Under the pieces are notes generated by a model. The model had not been told where the DNA came from. It did no database searches and saw only the letters and a program-made list of their open reading frames with translations. A stretch of 43,776 nt of DNA from an uncultured Clostridium sp. (GTDB lineage: Bacteria; Bacillota; Clostridia; Oscillospirales; CAG-272): positions 1 through 43,776 of the forward strand of contig CAYXBU010000003.1 in the NCBI GenBank assembly GCA_964463245.1, in the 5' to 3' direction. The position numbers were made by a program, and so were the translations under genes. Positions 17,742 through 26,495 of this stretch are shown here, piece after piece. Position 1 is the stretch's first letter; every line of letters starts with the position of its first letter.

Positions 17742-18513
17742 CCAGCAGGATGCCCACCAGATACAGGAGCAGACCCATGATCAGATCCCCCAGGACATCC
17801 ACCGTGATCTGCAGGACTCCGTCCGTCCGCCCGAAATCCTGCCATTGCACCAACTGATAGATCAGGCGGCGCAAGAACAGGCTCAGAACCGTCAGGGAGA
17901 GCGCCATATCGAACAGCGACCGCTGAACGGGATTGAACCGCTCCCAAAAGCGGGTCAGGGGCAGGACAGGCGGCTCCTCGTAATCGATCCGTCTGAGAGC
18001 CGCCTCGGCGGCGATGTCCGTCTGCCGACAGCGGTAGAGCCACAGGTGGATCGAGGTCAGACCCAGCACCAGGCCATACTGCACCAGCTCCAAGAGGAGG
18101 GAGGGAAGGATCAGCGAGGCATCATCGGCCAGCAGCTCAAAGGAAGGAAACGCACCTTGATCCATATACAGACCCACAGCATAGTTGATCAGGAATTTGA
18201 GAACCGTCATGATGCTCACCATCAAGATCATCGGCCAGCCGCGCCGCCAGCCGCCCCGCCAGAGCGTGTAGATGGAGGCGGGGTACAGGATGGCGAAGGG
18301 GATATACTCCGATACCTCAATAGCAAGGCCGATCAGGCTCAGCCACCACGCATCGGTATACAGAACATCCGCGTCGAAGTAGGTGTAGAGCGGGTTGAGC
18401 AGGAAGGCGTACAGGGCGATGAAGATCAGCTCCCCGATCAGGGCGAAGCGCATCACGCGCCGCAGGGCGAGACGGGTCAGCTCCCGCTCGCGGAGGGTTT
18501 GAGAATCCGACAT
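17695..18513 (-). CDS. Hypothetical multi-pass membrane protein
   Basis: About 6 hydrophobic segments. Starts 13 nt after the kinase stop, RBS GAAAGGA. Overlaps the 3' end of the convergent gene by 47 nt. Confidence 0.7.
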   Translation of the reverse strand: MSDSQTLRERELTRLALRRVMRFALIGELIFIALYAFLLNPLYTYFDADVLYTDAWWLSLIGLAIEVSEYIPFAILYPASIYTLWRGGWRRGWPMILMVSIMTVLKFLINYAVGLYMDQGAFPSFELLADDASLILPSLLLELVQYGLVLGLTSIHLWLYRCRQTDIAAEAALRRIDYEEPPVLPLTRFWERFNPVQRSLFDMALSLTVLSLFLRRLIYQLVQWQDFGRTDGVLQITVDVLGDLIMGLLLYLVGILLVNHFARRDRRDSPSA

Positions 18514-18526
18514 GGAAGGTATCCTT

Positions 18527-19510
18527 TCAATTGGTACTGTGTATTTCTTGCAAAAAGGCGATCTCGGCGGCGGCTATCTCGGAAGACGGGCAGCCGTCCC
18601 GCCGCATCCCCTCGGCCACCGCGCCCCAGAGGACCGGACGGGAAGCCAAAACCAGATCCGCCGGAACCGAGGGCGGTATATGCCGCGCTATAGCGTCCCG
18701 CCAACGCGGATGTGTCCGACGGCAGATGCCGCCGTCAAGTGCCACGGGGAAGCTCTGCGGCGGCTCAGCGGTAGGCTCCCCAACCCGATACAGTCGCCAC
18801 GCCGTAGCGATCATCTCGCCCAGCGCCGCCGCGTTTCGCTCCAGAATGGCGGTTGCGGTCGCATCCCCCCGATCCGCCGCCTCAAAGACGGCAGGGGCCA
18901 GCGAGGCGATGAGGGCCTTACCCTCGGCATAAAGGCGATTCAGTGCCGACGGCACCGACATACCCAGCCGTGCGGACAGGCAGTCGGTCAGCAGGGTGGC
19001 AGTGCCCCGTCCGTCGTGGGCGCGCAGAGCGGCTTCCAGTGCCTGTCGGCCGATATCGTAGCCGCTCCCCGCGCTGTCGAGCAGATAGCCCCACCCGCCG
19101 ATGCGGGTCACGTCCTGCCCTCGGCGCAGAAAGCAGGCCGAGCCTGTCCCGCAGATCACGCAAGCACCGTCGCGGTCGCAAAGCTCCGCCGAGAGCAGGT
19201 TGACCATATCGGAGTCTACCGAGACCGTCACACCCGAAAGGCTCGCCCGCAGACCCGCCGTCAGCTCCTCCTTGTGGCTCAGTGCCCCCGCGATGCCGCC
19301 AAAGAGGCAACAGTCAGTCGGGAGGACACCCGCCTGTCGGATCAGCTCCCGCGCCAGGTTCGCGATCACGGCCACCGAGGCCTCGACACCGCCGTCATTG
19401 GGGTTGGATGCCCCGCCGAAGCCGTGCGCCAGCACACGCCCAGCGGGATCGGTCAAGACCCCCTCGGTCTTGGTGCCGCCGCCGTCTATTCCGATCACAT
19501 ATGCGTGCAT
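18527..19510 (-). CDS. BadF/BadG/BcrA/BcrD-family sugar kinase (GlcNAc/MurNAc kinase-like)
   Basis: GIDGGGTKT, GIAG, SD, ICGTGS and GGWGYLLDSAGSGY motifs. Confidence 0.88.
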   Translation of the reverse strand: MHAYVIGIDGGGTKTEGVLTDPAGRVLAHGFGGASNPNDGGVEASVAVIANLARELIRQAGVLPTDCCLFGGIAGALSHKEELTAGLRASLSGVTVSVDSDMVNLLSAELCDRDGACVICGTGSACFLRRGQDVTRIGGWGYLLDSAGSGYDIGRQALEAALRAHDGRGTATLLTDCLSARLGMSVPSALNRLYAEGKALIASLAPAVFEAADRGDATATAILERNAAALGEMIATAWRLYRVGEPTAEPPQSFPVALDGGICRRTHPRWRDAIARHIPPSVPADLVLASRPVLWGAVAEGMRRDGCPSSEIAAAEIAFLQEIHSTN

Positions 19511-19514
19511 GACA

Positions 19515-20072
19515 TTACTCCTTTGGCTCTGCTGTCACGCCGTCCTGCCAAGACAGGATGGGGGACAGCTGTTGAGTTCCCGAGGAAAGGGTCAGCTCGG
19601 GCTTTTGGTCGGTGGGCAAAAGGCAGGTCACAAGGAGCAGTGTCTCGCCCGATGCAGACCCCTCCGGCAGAGTGACCTGCAGGACATACCGACCATCCGC
19701 ACCGTCCCGTCCGTGACGGTACAGTACCTCGCCGCTCGCATCCCCATCGGGCACGCCACTCACGCGCACCAAGAAGGAGAACCGTGTCCCCTCCCCCTCG
19801 TCGCGTTGGGTACACAGGACTCGCGCGCCGAAGCCTGAGGAAAGCTCCTTTTCCAGCCAAGCCTCCACCGCTTCGTTCCCGCGGTAGTTCTCGACGGTCA
19901 AGCCCGTACGGATGTGCAGACCCGACTCCTCGTTCGTCAGAAGCTCGGTCTCCTGCGGCGGTCTGGTCTCGCCTGCCTGCTCGCCATGACCGTCATGGAT
20001 GCGACGCACCAGTATGCACAGGATCAACGCCGCCATCGCCGCAAGCAGTAGGATGATCTTCTTTCGGTTCAT
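19515..20072 (-). CDS. Hypothetical protein with N-terminal membrane anchor
   Basis: MNRKKIILLLAAMAALILCILV. RBS GAGAGGAG. Ends 4 nt before the kinase start. Confidence 0.65.
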   Translation of the reverse strand: MNRKKIILLLAAMAALILCILVRRIHDGHGEQAGETRPPQETELLTNEESGLHIRTGLTVENYRGNEAVEAWLEKELSSGFGARVLCTQRDEGEGTRFSFLVRVSGVPDGDASGEVLYRHGRDGADGRYVLQVTLPEGSASGETLLLVTCLLPTDQKPELTLSSGTQQLSPILSWQDGVTAEPKE

Positions 20073-20163
20073 CGCGCCGTCTCCTCTCGCAAATTGCCGC
20101 CACAAGGTTCTATTTTGCGGCATATTCGTATACTATTTATCGGTAGCTTGTCATATCTTCTCC

Positions 20164-20192
20164 ATTATACAGGCATCCGCCGCCGATTTCAA
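20164..20192 (-). promoter_or_regulatory. Sigma-A promoter for the hypothetical-kinase-membrane operon
   Basis: Minus strand TTGAAA-17 nt-TATAAT. Confidence 0.65.
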
Positions 20193-20307
20193 GTGCTATT
20201 TATGAATTTTGCGGCATTTCTGTCGGAAAGATCCCCGGAAATGCATACCGCCGTGCGACACGGCTTGCGCTGTGGGCGGTGTATACTGGCAGGCGGGAGG
20301 TGAATGT

Positions 20308-21216
20308 ATGACCACCGATGTATATGTGGACATCCTGTTTATCGTCAACCTGGGCATGGACTGTCTCTGCCTGCTCCTGACCGCACGGCTCCTGCGGCGG
20401 CGAGTGGTCGGTCTGCGACTGGCTCTCTCCTGCCTTGCGGGCGGCGGGTATGCCGTCGCGGCTCTCTTTGTCCCCGTGGGGCGGGTGGCGGCGCTGGGGT
20501 TGGATATGGCCGCCTGTCTCCTGCTCTGCGGGCTGGCGTTCCCCCTCGGCTCACCCGACTCCGGCAGGGGGCGGCTGTCCGACCTGCTCCGCATCAGCGG
20601 GGTATACCTACTGGTATCGCTGGTCATGGGCGGGATCATGACCGGGCTGTCCAATCTGCTCAACCGCGCAGGGTGCGCCGAGCTGTTGGCCGACACGGCG
20701 GCAGACTCCCCTGCGGCGTGGCTGTTTGCCCTGCTGGCTCTGGTCGGCGGGGGGATATCCCTCTGGGGTGGGAGGCTCTTCCGACGGACGGGACGGGCGC
20801 AGACCGCCACACTGACCGTCACACTGGGGGAGAAGACCGTCACCCTGACCGGGCTGGTGGACAGCGGCAACCTGCTGACCGACCCGTTAGACGGTCGCCC
20901 CGTGGTGCCGCTGGAGCGGGAGGCGGTGGTGTCCCTGCTCTCCCCCGCACTGCTGTCCTGTCTGAAAGCGCGGGACACCTCCCCCGCCACCCTCTGCCGC
21001 CTCCCCGAGGCCGCCCGTCTGCGGGTCATTCCCGCCGCGACCGCCACGGGGGACAGCCTGCTCTTATGCATCCGACCGGATCGTATGTCCATCACCACCG
21101 CCGACTGCCGCGAGGGCGGGGAGGTCAAGGCACTGATCGCCCCCATCAAGATCTCCACACCTGTCGGGGACGGCTCCCCGCCCCCGCAAGCACTCATTCC
21201 CGCCACCCTGCTCTGA
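20308..21216 (+). CDS. spoIIGA: Pro-sigma-E processing aspartic peptidase SpoIIGA
   Basis: [13 protein letters not shown]-terminus, about 5 TM, DSGNLL.DP..G.PV catalytic motif. Directly upstream of sigE. GGAGGTG RBS. Confidence 0.9.
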   Translation: MTTDVYVDILFIVNLGMDCLCLLLTARLLRRRVVGLRLALSCLAGGGYAVAALFVPVGRVAALGLDMAACLLLCGLAFPLGSPDSGRGRLSDLLRISGVYLLVSLVMGGIMTGLSNLLNRAGCAELLADTAADSPAAWLFALLALVGGGISLWGGRLFRRTGRAQTATLTVTLGEKTVTLTGLVDSGNLLTDPLDGRPVVPLEREAVVSLLSPALLSCLKARDTSPATLCRLPEAARLRVIPAATATGDSLLLCIRPDRMSITTADCREGGEVKALIAPIKISTPVGDGSPPPQALIPATLL

Positions 21217-21239
21217 ATCCCCGAAAGGAGTCTTTTCCC

Positions 21240-21959
21240 ATGAAGCTGAAAGCCATCCTTCATCTGCTTCGTCTGCGCCTGACCCGCCGCCTGTTCTCCC
21301 GCCGCGTCCGAGGGCTCTTTTACATAAACGGTGCCGATGTCCTGCCGCAGCCCCTCTCCCGCGAGGAGGAATCCGAGGCCATCCGCGCGCTGGAGAGCGG
21401 CGGAGCAGAGCGGGAGCAGGCACGCTCCCTGCTGATCGAGCGCAACCTGCGCTTGGTCGCCTTTCTGGCGCGGCGGTTCGAGAACACAGGGGTCGGCATC
21501 GAGGACTTGATTTCCATCGGTACGCTGGGGCTGATCAAAGCCGTGGAGACCTTCCGCTCGGACAAGAACATCAAGCTGGCGACCTACGCCTCGCGATGCA
21601 TCGAGAACGAGATCCTCATGTACCTACGCAAGATCAGCGGACGGCAGGAGGTCTCGCTGGACGAGCCGCTCAACACCGACCGGGACGGAGGGGAGCTGCT
21701 CTTGTCGGACATCCTCAGCAGTGACGAGGTACCCATCGCGGAGGAGATCCAGCAGGACGAGGAGCGGCGCGCCCTCCTGCAGGCGGTGGATCGGCTGGAA
21801 AGTCGGGAGCGGCTGGTGATCCGCCTGCGCTTCGGGCTGGACGGGAACCCCGAGATGACCCAGAAGGAGGTCGCAGACCTGCTGGGCATATCCCAGTCCT
21901 ACATATCCCGTCTGGAAAAGAAGATCCTCTTGAAACTGCGGCAGGAGCTGGAAGCATAG
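21240..21959 (+). CDS. sigE: Sporulation sigma factor SigE
   Basis: Basic pro-sequence, [52 protein letters not shown] and [21 protein letters not shown]. Confidence 0.95.
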   Translation: MKLKAILHLLRLRLTRRLFSRRVRGLFYINGADVLPQPLSREEESEAIRALESGGAEREQARSLLIERNLRLVAFLARRFENTGVGIEDLISIGTLGLIKAVETFRSDKNIKLATYASRCIENEILMYLRKISGRQEVSLDEPLNTDRDGGELLLSDILSSDEVPIAEEIQQDEERRALLQAVDRLESRERLVIRLRFGLDGNPEMTQKEVADLLGISQSYISRLEKKILLKLRQELEA

Positions 21960-22000
21960 CGCGAATACATATAAACGCATAAATATTTACAAATGGTTTC

Positions 22001-22029
22001 TTGATATTGCGAGAAAGATGCGGTATAAT
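22001..22029 (+). promoter_or_regulatory. Sigma-A promoter of yajC
   Basis: TTGATA-17 nt-TATAAT. Confidence 0.7.
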
Positions 22030-22062
22030 GAGACAGATATTGAAAACCTCGGAGGATCGAAT

Positions 22063-22374
22063 ATGAATTCCTATTTTCTGGCAGCATCGACCGGCGGCAG
22101 TTGGATCACCATCGTTATGCTGGTGGCTCTGGTCGTCGTGATGTACTTCGTCATGATCCGCCCCAGCAAGAAGCAGGAAAAAGAGCAGAAGAATATGCTG
22201 AGCAACCTGCAGGTCGGGGATGAGATCACCACCATCGGCGGTATCATCGGGCGGGTCGTCAGCATCAAGGAGGAGACCCTTGTGCTGGAGACCTCGCACG
22301 ACCGCACCCACATCCGCATCCTGAAGTCGGCCGTCAGCCGCGTCGATGTCAAGGCAGAGGACGCACAGGGCTGA
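22063..22374 (+). CDS. yajC: Preprotein translocase subunit YajC
   Basis: TM followed by YFVMIRP.KK, then L.VGDEITTIGGIIGRV. GGAGG RBS. Confidence 0.93.
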   Translation: MNSYFLAASTGGSWITIVMLVALVVVMYFVMIRPSKKQEKEQKNMLSNLQVGDEITTIGGIIGRVVSIKEETLVLETSHDRTHIRILKSAVSRVDVKAEDAQG

Positions 22375-22452
22375 TCCCTCCCCCCCCTCTGTTCTGAAAG
22401 CCTCCGCGCCTGCATAGGATGTACTATCTTATGTCGGTACGGAGGTTTTCCT

Positions 22453-22998
22453 ATGAACCGTTTTTCCTCTTCCCGCCCGTCCGCAGGCTCCCCGCGGAGA
22501 GCCCACAGCCGCTCCTATCCGGCGAACCGCAGAGCGACCCCGCCCCGCCCATCGCTCCCACCTGCAGGCGGCGGTACACAGGTCGCCTCCCGTCCGACCG
22601 ACTCGGGCTTCAAGGCCGCCCTGGGCGGGGCACTCTTTGCCCTGCCGATCTCCTTACTGGTGGGGGCGGTCTTCCTGCTCATCGCGGCGGGCGTAGCCGC
22701 CTCCATGCCCGACCCCGACCGCCTTCTGACCCCGCTGGGCATCGCTGCATTGGAGTTGACCGCCTTGTGCGGCGGGCTGATCGCCGCCCGTCGTGCCGAA
22801 CGCGCGCCCCTGCTGTGTGGACTGCTCTTTGGCGGCGTGGCTGTCCTTGCCCTGTTCATCGGGTCGCTCTGCTTCAGCGACGAGACCCGACAGACCGTGG
22901 CATGGGGACTCTCGGCAGGGGCGCGCGCCGGAATGTATGCCCTGACCGTGGCGGTCTCTGCTCTCGGAGCTGTCATCGGAAGGAAAAGAAACAGTTGA
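22453..22998 (+). CDS. TIGR04086/YrzE-like four-TM membrane protein
   Basis: Four TM segments with GG.IAAR....PLL.G.L.G and terminal SALGAVIG. Lies immediately after yajC, the usual context for this family. Confidence 0.7.
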   Translation: MNRFSSSRPSAGSPRRAHSRSYPANRRATPPRPSLPPAGGGTQVASRPTDSGFKAALGGALFALPISLLVGAVFLLIAAGVAASMPDPDRLLTPLGIAALELTALCGGLIAARRAERAPLLCGLLFGGVAVLALFIGSLCFSDETRQTVAWGLSAGARAGMYALTVAVSALGAVIGRKRNS

Positions 22999-23020
22999 CA
23001 AAAAACAGGAGGACTTCATC

Positions 23021-23221
23021 ATGATCGCACTCAACGACCCTACGGTACATCTGACCTCGTTGCAAAAGAAGATGCTCCCCGCCCTGTCGCTTCCCCTGTC
23101 GGCGGTCTGCCCGACGGCTCTGCGCTACTCCCTCGCCAAATACGATGCCGACTCGGTCGCGGAGGCGTATGAGGGTCTGCGAGAACTGGAGGCGGCGGGA
23201 AAGTTGCAGGAGGAGCCGTGA
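23021..23221 (+). CDS. Small protein resembling the N-terminal (RRE) helical region of SCIFF maturases
   Basis: Strong AGGAGG RBS 8 nt upstream. VH..., LAKY and AYEGLRELEAAGKL align by eye with VH, LAEKY and EDIEALETSGQL of the ScfB in this window. Confidence 0.6.
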   Translation: MIALNDPTVHLTSLQKKMLPALSLPLSAVCPTALRYSLAKYDADSVAEAYEGLRELEAAGKLQEEP

Positions 23222-23342
23222 CCGCCGTCTCCCACCCCAAGATCCGCGCAATTCGGGCAAAAATTTACTATCTGTTCCTTTACTTTAGCGCGGGAATGTG
23301 TTATAATGGCAGATGAATGAAAACGCGAAAGGCGGTAGCCCC

Positions 23343-23660
23343 ATGGGAAATAAGATCAGAAATGAGAAGCTGGATTACCTCTTCCGAGGTATCCTGACAC
23401 TGGAAACGCTGGAGGATTGCTACAGCTTTTTTGAGGATCTGTGCACGGTGTCCGAACTGCAGGAAATGTCCCGCCGGATGCACGCCGCACGGATGCTCCG
23501 CAACAACTGCGTCTATACCGAGATAGCCGCCCGCACGGGTCTGAGCACCGCCACCATCAGCCGCGTCAACCGTTGCCTAAAGTACGGCACCGACGGCTAT
23601 AATAAGGTACTGGATGCACTGGCCGCACCGGAGGCACCGTCCTCCCCCGACGAGGAGTGA
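23343..23660 (+). CDS. YerC/YecD family TrpR-related DNA-binding protein
   Basis: LF.GILTL...EDCYSFFEDLCTVSEL..M..R and TGLSTATISRVNRCLKYG..GY. TG-TATAAT at about 23299-23307. Confidence 0.9.
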   Translation: MGNKIRNEKLDYLFRGILTLETLEDCYSFFEDLCTVSELQEMSRRMHAARMLRNNCVYTEIAARTGLSTATISRVNRCLKYGTDGYNKVLDALAAPEAPSSPDEE

Positions 23661-23667
23661 CCCGACC

Positions 23668-24561
23668 GTGAGCTACGACGGCTACCGAGCACTGGCGGGG
23701 GTGTATGATCGCCTCAACCGTGAGATCGACTATACCCGATGGAGCGGCTTTCTGGAGCAGTGCTTTGACCGATACCTGCCCGCCCGCCCCCGCATCCTTC
23801 TGGACTTGGCCTGCGGCACCGGGCGCATGACCTTCCCCTTAGCGGATCGCGGATATGATATGATCGGCATTGACGGCAGTGCCGATATGCTGGCCGAGGC
23901 CTACGAGAAGAGCACCGAGCGCACTATCCGCATTCTGGACGAGAACGGCACGGACGAGTTGCCGAAAGGGGTCACCACCCCACTGTTCCTGTGTCAGGAT
24001 ATGCGGAGCTTTGAGCTGTACGGCACGGTGGATTCCGCCGTGTGCTGTCTGGACAGCATCAACTACCTCTGCGGGGACGGCGACCTGGATGCCTGCCTTG
24101 CCTGCCTCTACCTGTATATCGCGCCGGGCGGACTTTTGATCTTTGATGTCAACAGCCCCGAGACCTTCGCGCACATATACGGACACAACGCCTATATCTT
24201 TGAGGACACCGAGGGTGACGACGAGAACGCCCCCGGCGTTTACTGCGGCTGGCAGAACGACTACGCCCCCGAGAGCCGCCTCTGCCGTTTCCTGCTCTCG
24301 GTATTCCGCGAGGGAGCCGACGGTCGCTATACCCGCACCGACGAGGAGCAGACCGAGCGTTGCTACACCCGCGCGGAACTGGAATCCGCGCTGGATCGCG
24401 CCGGCTTTGAGCTGTGCGGGGTCTTTGGCGACTTGGATTTCAAGCAGGCCGAGGAGTGTGACCCCCGCTGGCACTTCGTCGCCCGCACCCGCAAGCGCGG
24501 GGATTGGTACCTCTGCGCCGATCGGGGTACCGACACAGGAGAAAGGACTGGACAAGAATAA
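23668..24561 (+). CDS. Class I SAM-dependent methyltransferase (YqeM-like)
   Basis: [29 protein letters not shown] and PGG.LIFD motifs. GTG start after GAGGAG. Confidence 0.88.
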   Translation: MSYDGYRALAGVYDRLNREIDYTRWSGFLEQCFDRYLPARPRILLDLACGTGRMTFPLADRGYDMIGIDGSADMLAEAYEKSTERTIRILDENGTDELPKGVTTPLFLCQDMRSFELYGTVDSAVCCLDSINYLCGDGDLDACLACLYLYIAPGGLLIFDVNSPETFAHIYGHNAYIFEDTEGDDENAPGVYCGWQNDYAPESRLCRFLLSVFREGADGRYTRTDEEQTERCYTRAELESALDRAGFELCGVFGDLDFKQAEECDPRWHFVARTRKRGDWYLCADRGTDTGERTGQE

Positions 24562-24562
24562 A

Positions 24563-25489
24563 ATGAGCAAGATATTACGCGCCATGACACGGGACGGAAG
24601 TGCCCGCATCCATGTCATCCGATCCACCGACATGGTCAATGATGCCATCCGCTACCACCACCCCTCACCCGTCGCGACCGCCGCACTGGGGCGGGTGCTG
24701 ACCGCCACCTCCATGATGGGCTGTATGCTGGGGGAGGAGACCGACACCCTGACCCTGACCATAGACGGCGGCGGTCCTGCGGGGCGCATCATCGCGGTCA
24801 GCGATTGGTGCGGCAATGTCCGCGGCTATATCCAGCATCCCGAGGCCGATCTGCCCCTGCGGAGGGACGGCAAGCTCAATGTCGGCGGGCTGGTCGGGCG
24901 GGACGGATTGATCCAGGTCGTCAAGGACCTGGGCGGTGAGCAGCCCGAGGTAGGCTCCTCCCCCCTGACCTCCGGGGAGATCGCCGAGGATGTGGCGGGC
25001 TACTTCGCCCAGAGCGAGCAGATCCCCACCCTGTGTGCGCTGGGAGTCCTGGTGGATGTGGATCACACCTGCCGCGCGGCGGGGGGAATCCTCATCCAGC
25101 TGTTGCCCTTTGCGGACGAGGAGACCATCTCCGCGCTGGAGCGCAACTCGGCAGAGCTGTCTCACATCAGCCGCATGATCGGGGACGGCATGGACAACCG
25201 CGCCATCGCCGAGGTGGCTCTGAAGGACATTCCCTTTGATGTGTTTGACGAGCTGGAGGTCGGCTACCGTTGCAACTGCTCTCGCACCCGCATGGACGCC
25301 GTCATGACCTCGCTGGGGCGGGATCAGATCCACAAGCTGTTGGCCGAGCAGCTGGCCGAAGGCAAGCCGGACGAGCTGGAGATCGTCTGCCGCTTCTGCG
25401 GGAGCCGATACAGCTACAGCCGCGCCGAGCTGGAGGCACTTCCCTTCCGCACGCCGGAGAAAACGACCGCGAGCGATACGGAAGCGTAA
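24563..25489 (+). CDS. hslO: Hsp33 redox-regulated chaperone
   Basis: [31 protein letters not shown] and Zn-switch CNCS...CRFC. Confidence 0.95.
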   Translation: MSKILRAMTRDGSARIHVIRSTDMVNDAIRYHHPSPVATAALGRVLTATSMMGCMLGEETDTLTLTIDGGGPAGRIIAVSDWCGNVRGYIQHPEADLPLRRDGKLNVGGLVGRDGLIQVVKDLGGEQPEVGSSPLTSGEIAEDVAGYFAQSEQIPTLCALGVLVDVDHTCRAAGGILIQLLPFADEETISALERNSAELSHISRMIGDGMDNRAIAEVALKDIPFDVFDELEVGYRCNCSRTRMDAVMTSLGRDQIHKLLAEQLAEGKPDELEIVCRFCGSRYSYSRAELEALPFRTPEKTTASDTEA

Positions 25490-25510
25490 CGAATCGTAAT
25501 GCGACGAGAT

Positions 25511-25544
25511 GAAGGTATCTTCCCGAGGGAGATACCTTCTTTTT
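25511..25544 (+). terminator. Intrinsic terminator
   Basis: Stem gaaggtatct/agataccttc followed by a T tract. Confidence 0.8.
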
Positions 25545-25598
25545 CTGTGCGCCGGTACATAGACTGTACCGTATTCCGTATAGGAAGGAGTGTCCGCC

Positions 25599-26351
25599 AT
25601 GCCCACCGTCTCAGATCGCCGACACCGCTTTGCCCTCCCTGCCCTGTGTCTGCTCCTGACCCTGCTCCTATGCCTGTCCGCCTACCTTCTGACGGGGGCA
25701 CGGCTCCCCCAACGGGCGGTCTCCGCCGAGGCGACCGTCCCCCCTGCCGCGCCCTTTACCCGCGTGGTCATTGACGCGGGGCACGGCGGCGAGGACGGCG
25801 GGGCGCAGAGTGCCTCCGGGCTCCCGGAAAAGCAGATCAACCTGCAGGTAGCGCAATACCTCCGCGCCTATCTGGAGGCGGTCGGCATCCCGACCGTCAT
25901 GACCCGCACCGAGGATAAGCTGCTGTACGACCCGACCACCGCGTACAAGGGGCGGAAAAAGCAACTGGACTTAGCGGCACGGCTGGAGATCGCCACCGCC
26001 GTACCGAACAGCCTGTTCGTCAGCATCCACATGAACGCCTACCCCGACCCGCGCTACAGCGGGATGCAGGTCTGGTATTCCCCCGCGAACCCCCTCTCGG
26101 AGCAGGTCGCCGCCCGCATCCAGACCGAAGCCCTGCGCCTGACCCCGCAGAACCGCCGTCGGATCAAGGCCGCAGGCTCCAACATCTTCCTGCTTGACCG
26201 CCTGGACACCCCCGCCGTGCTGGTGGAGGGCGGCTTTCTGTCCAACCCGGAGGAGGCCGCCCGACTGGGCACCGAGGCCTATCAGCGGCGGCTTGCGTTC
26301 CTGCTGTTTACCGCCATCACGGACGAGATGTATGCCTCGCAGGGGGAGTGA
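25599..26351 (+). CDS. cwlD: N-acetylmuramoyl-L-alanine amidase (Amidase_3, CwlD-like)
   Basis: N-terminal TM, VIDAGHGGEDGGA, EK.INL, RKK.LDL..R, SIHMN and VLVE.GFLSN..E. Upstream CATAGACT (25558-25565) is a SigE-like -10. The amidase call is firm; CwlD orthology is less so. Confidence 0.75.
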   Translation: MPTVSDRRHRFALPALCLLLTLLLCLSAYLLTGARLPQRAVSAEATVPPAAPFTRVVIDAGHGGEDGGAQSASGLPEKQINLQVAQYLRAYLEAVGIPTVMTRTEDKLLYDPTTAYKGRKKQLDLAARLEIATAVPNSLFVSIHMNAYPDPRYSGMQVWYSPANPLSEQVAARIQTEALRLTPQNRRRIKAAGSNIFLLDRLDTPAVLVEGGFLSNPEEAARLGTEAYQRRLAFLLFTAITDEMYASQGE

Positions 26352-26416
26352 CATAGTTTACGCACGGAAAAAAATCCCCACCGATACCCGCCGTTTGCAT
26401 TTTTTTGCATTGTCCC

Positions 26417-26445
26417 TTGACATTATAAGGCTAAGATGGTATAAT
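26417..26445 (+). promoter_or_regulatory. Consensus sigma-A promoter of the TIR gene
   Basis: TTGACA-17 nt-TATAAT with extended TG. Confidence 0.85.
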
Positions 26446-26495
26446 AAAATATACCAAAACGGGATAAAAAAAGGAACAGGCAGGGGGAAGATCAC

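Noticed and set aside
20200-20290. Spo0A boxes upstream of spoIIGA
   Set aside because: Only mismatched TGNCGAA-like sites (tgtcgga, and tgtcgca on the reverse strand) are present. They are expected biologically but cannot be supported by eye.
20304-21239. N-terminal extensions in the ORF track (SigE 551 aa, also HslO, MATE, YolD, LRR and DUF5685)
   Set aside because: Internal starts have clear RBSs and match family N-termini. The extensions overlap upstream genes or promoters.
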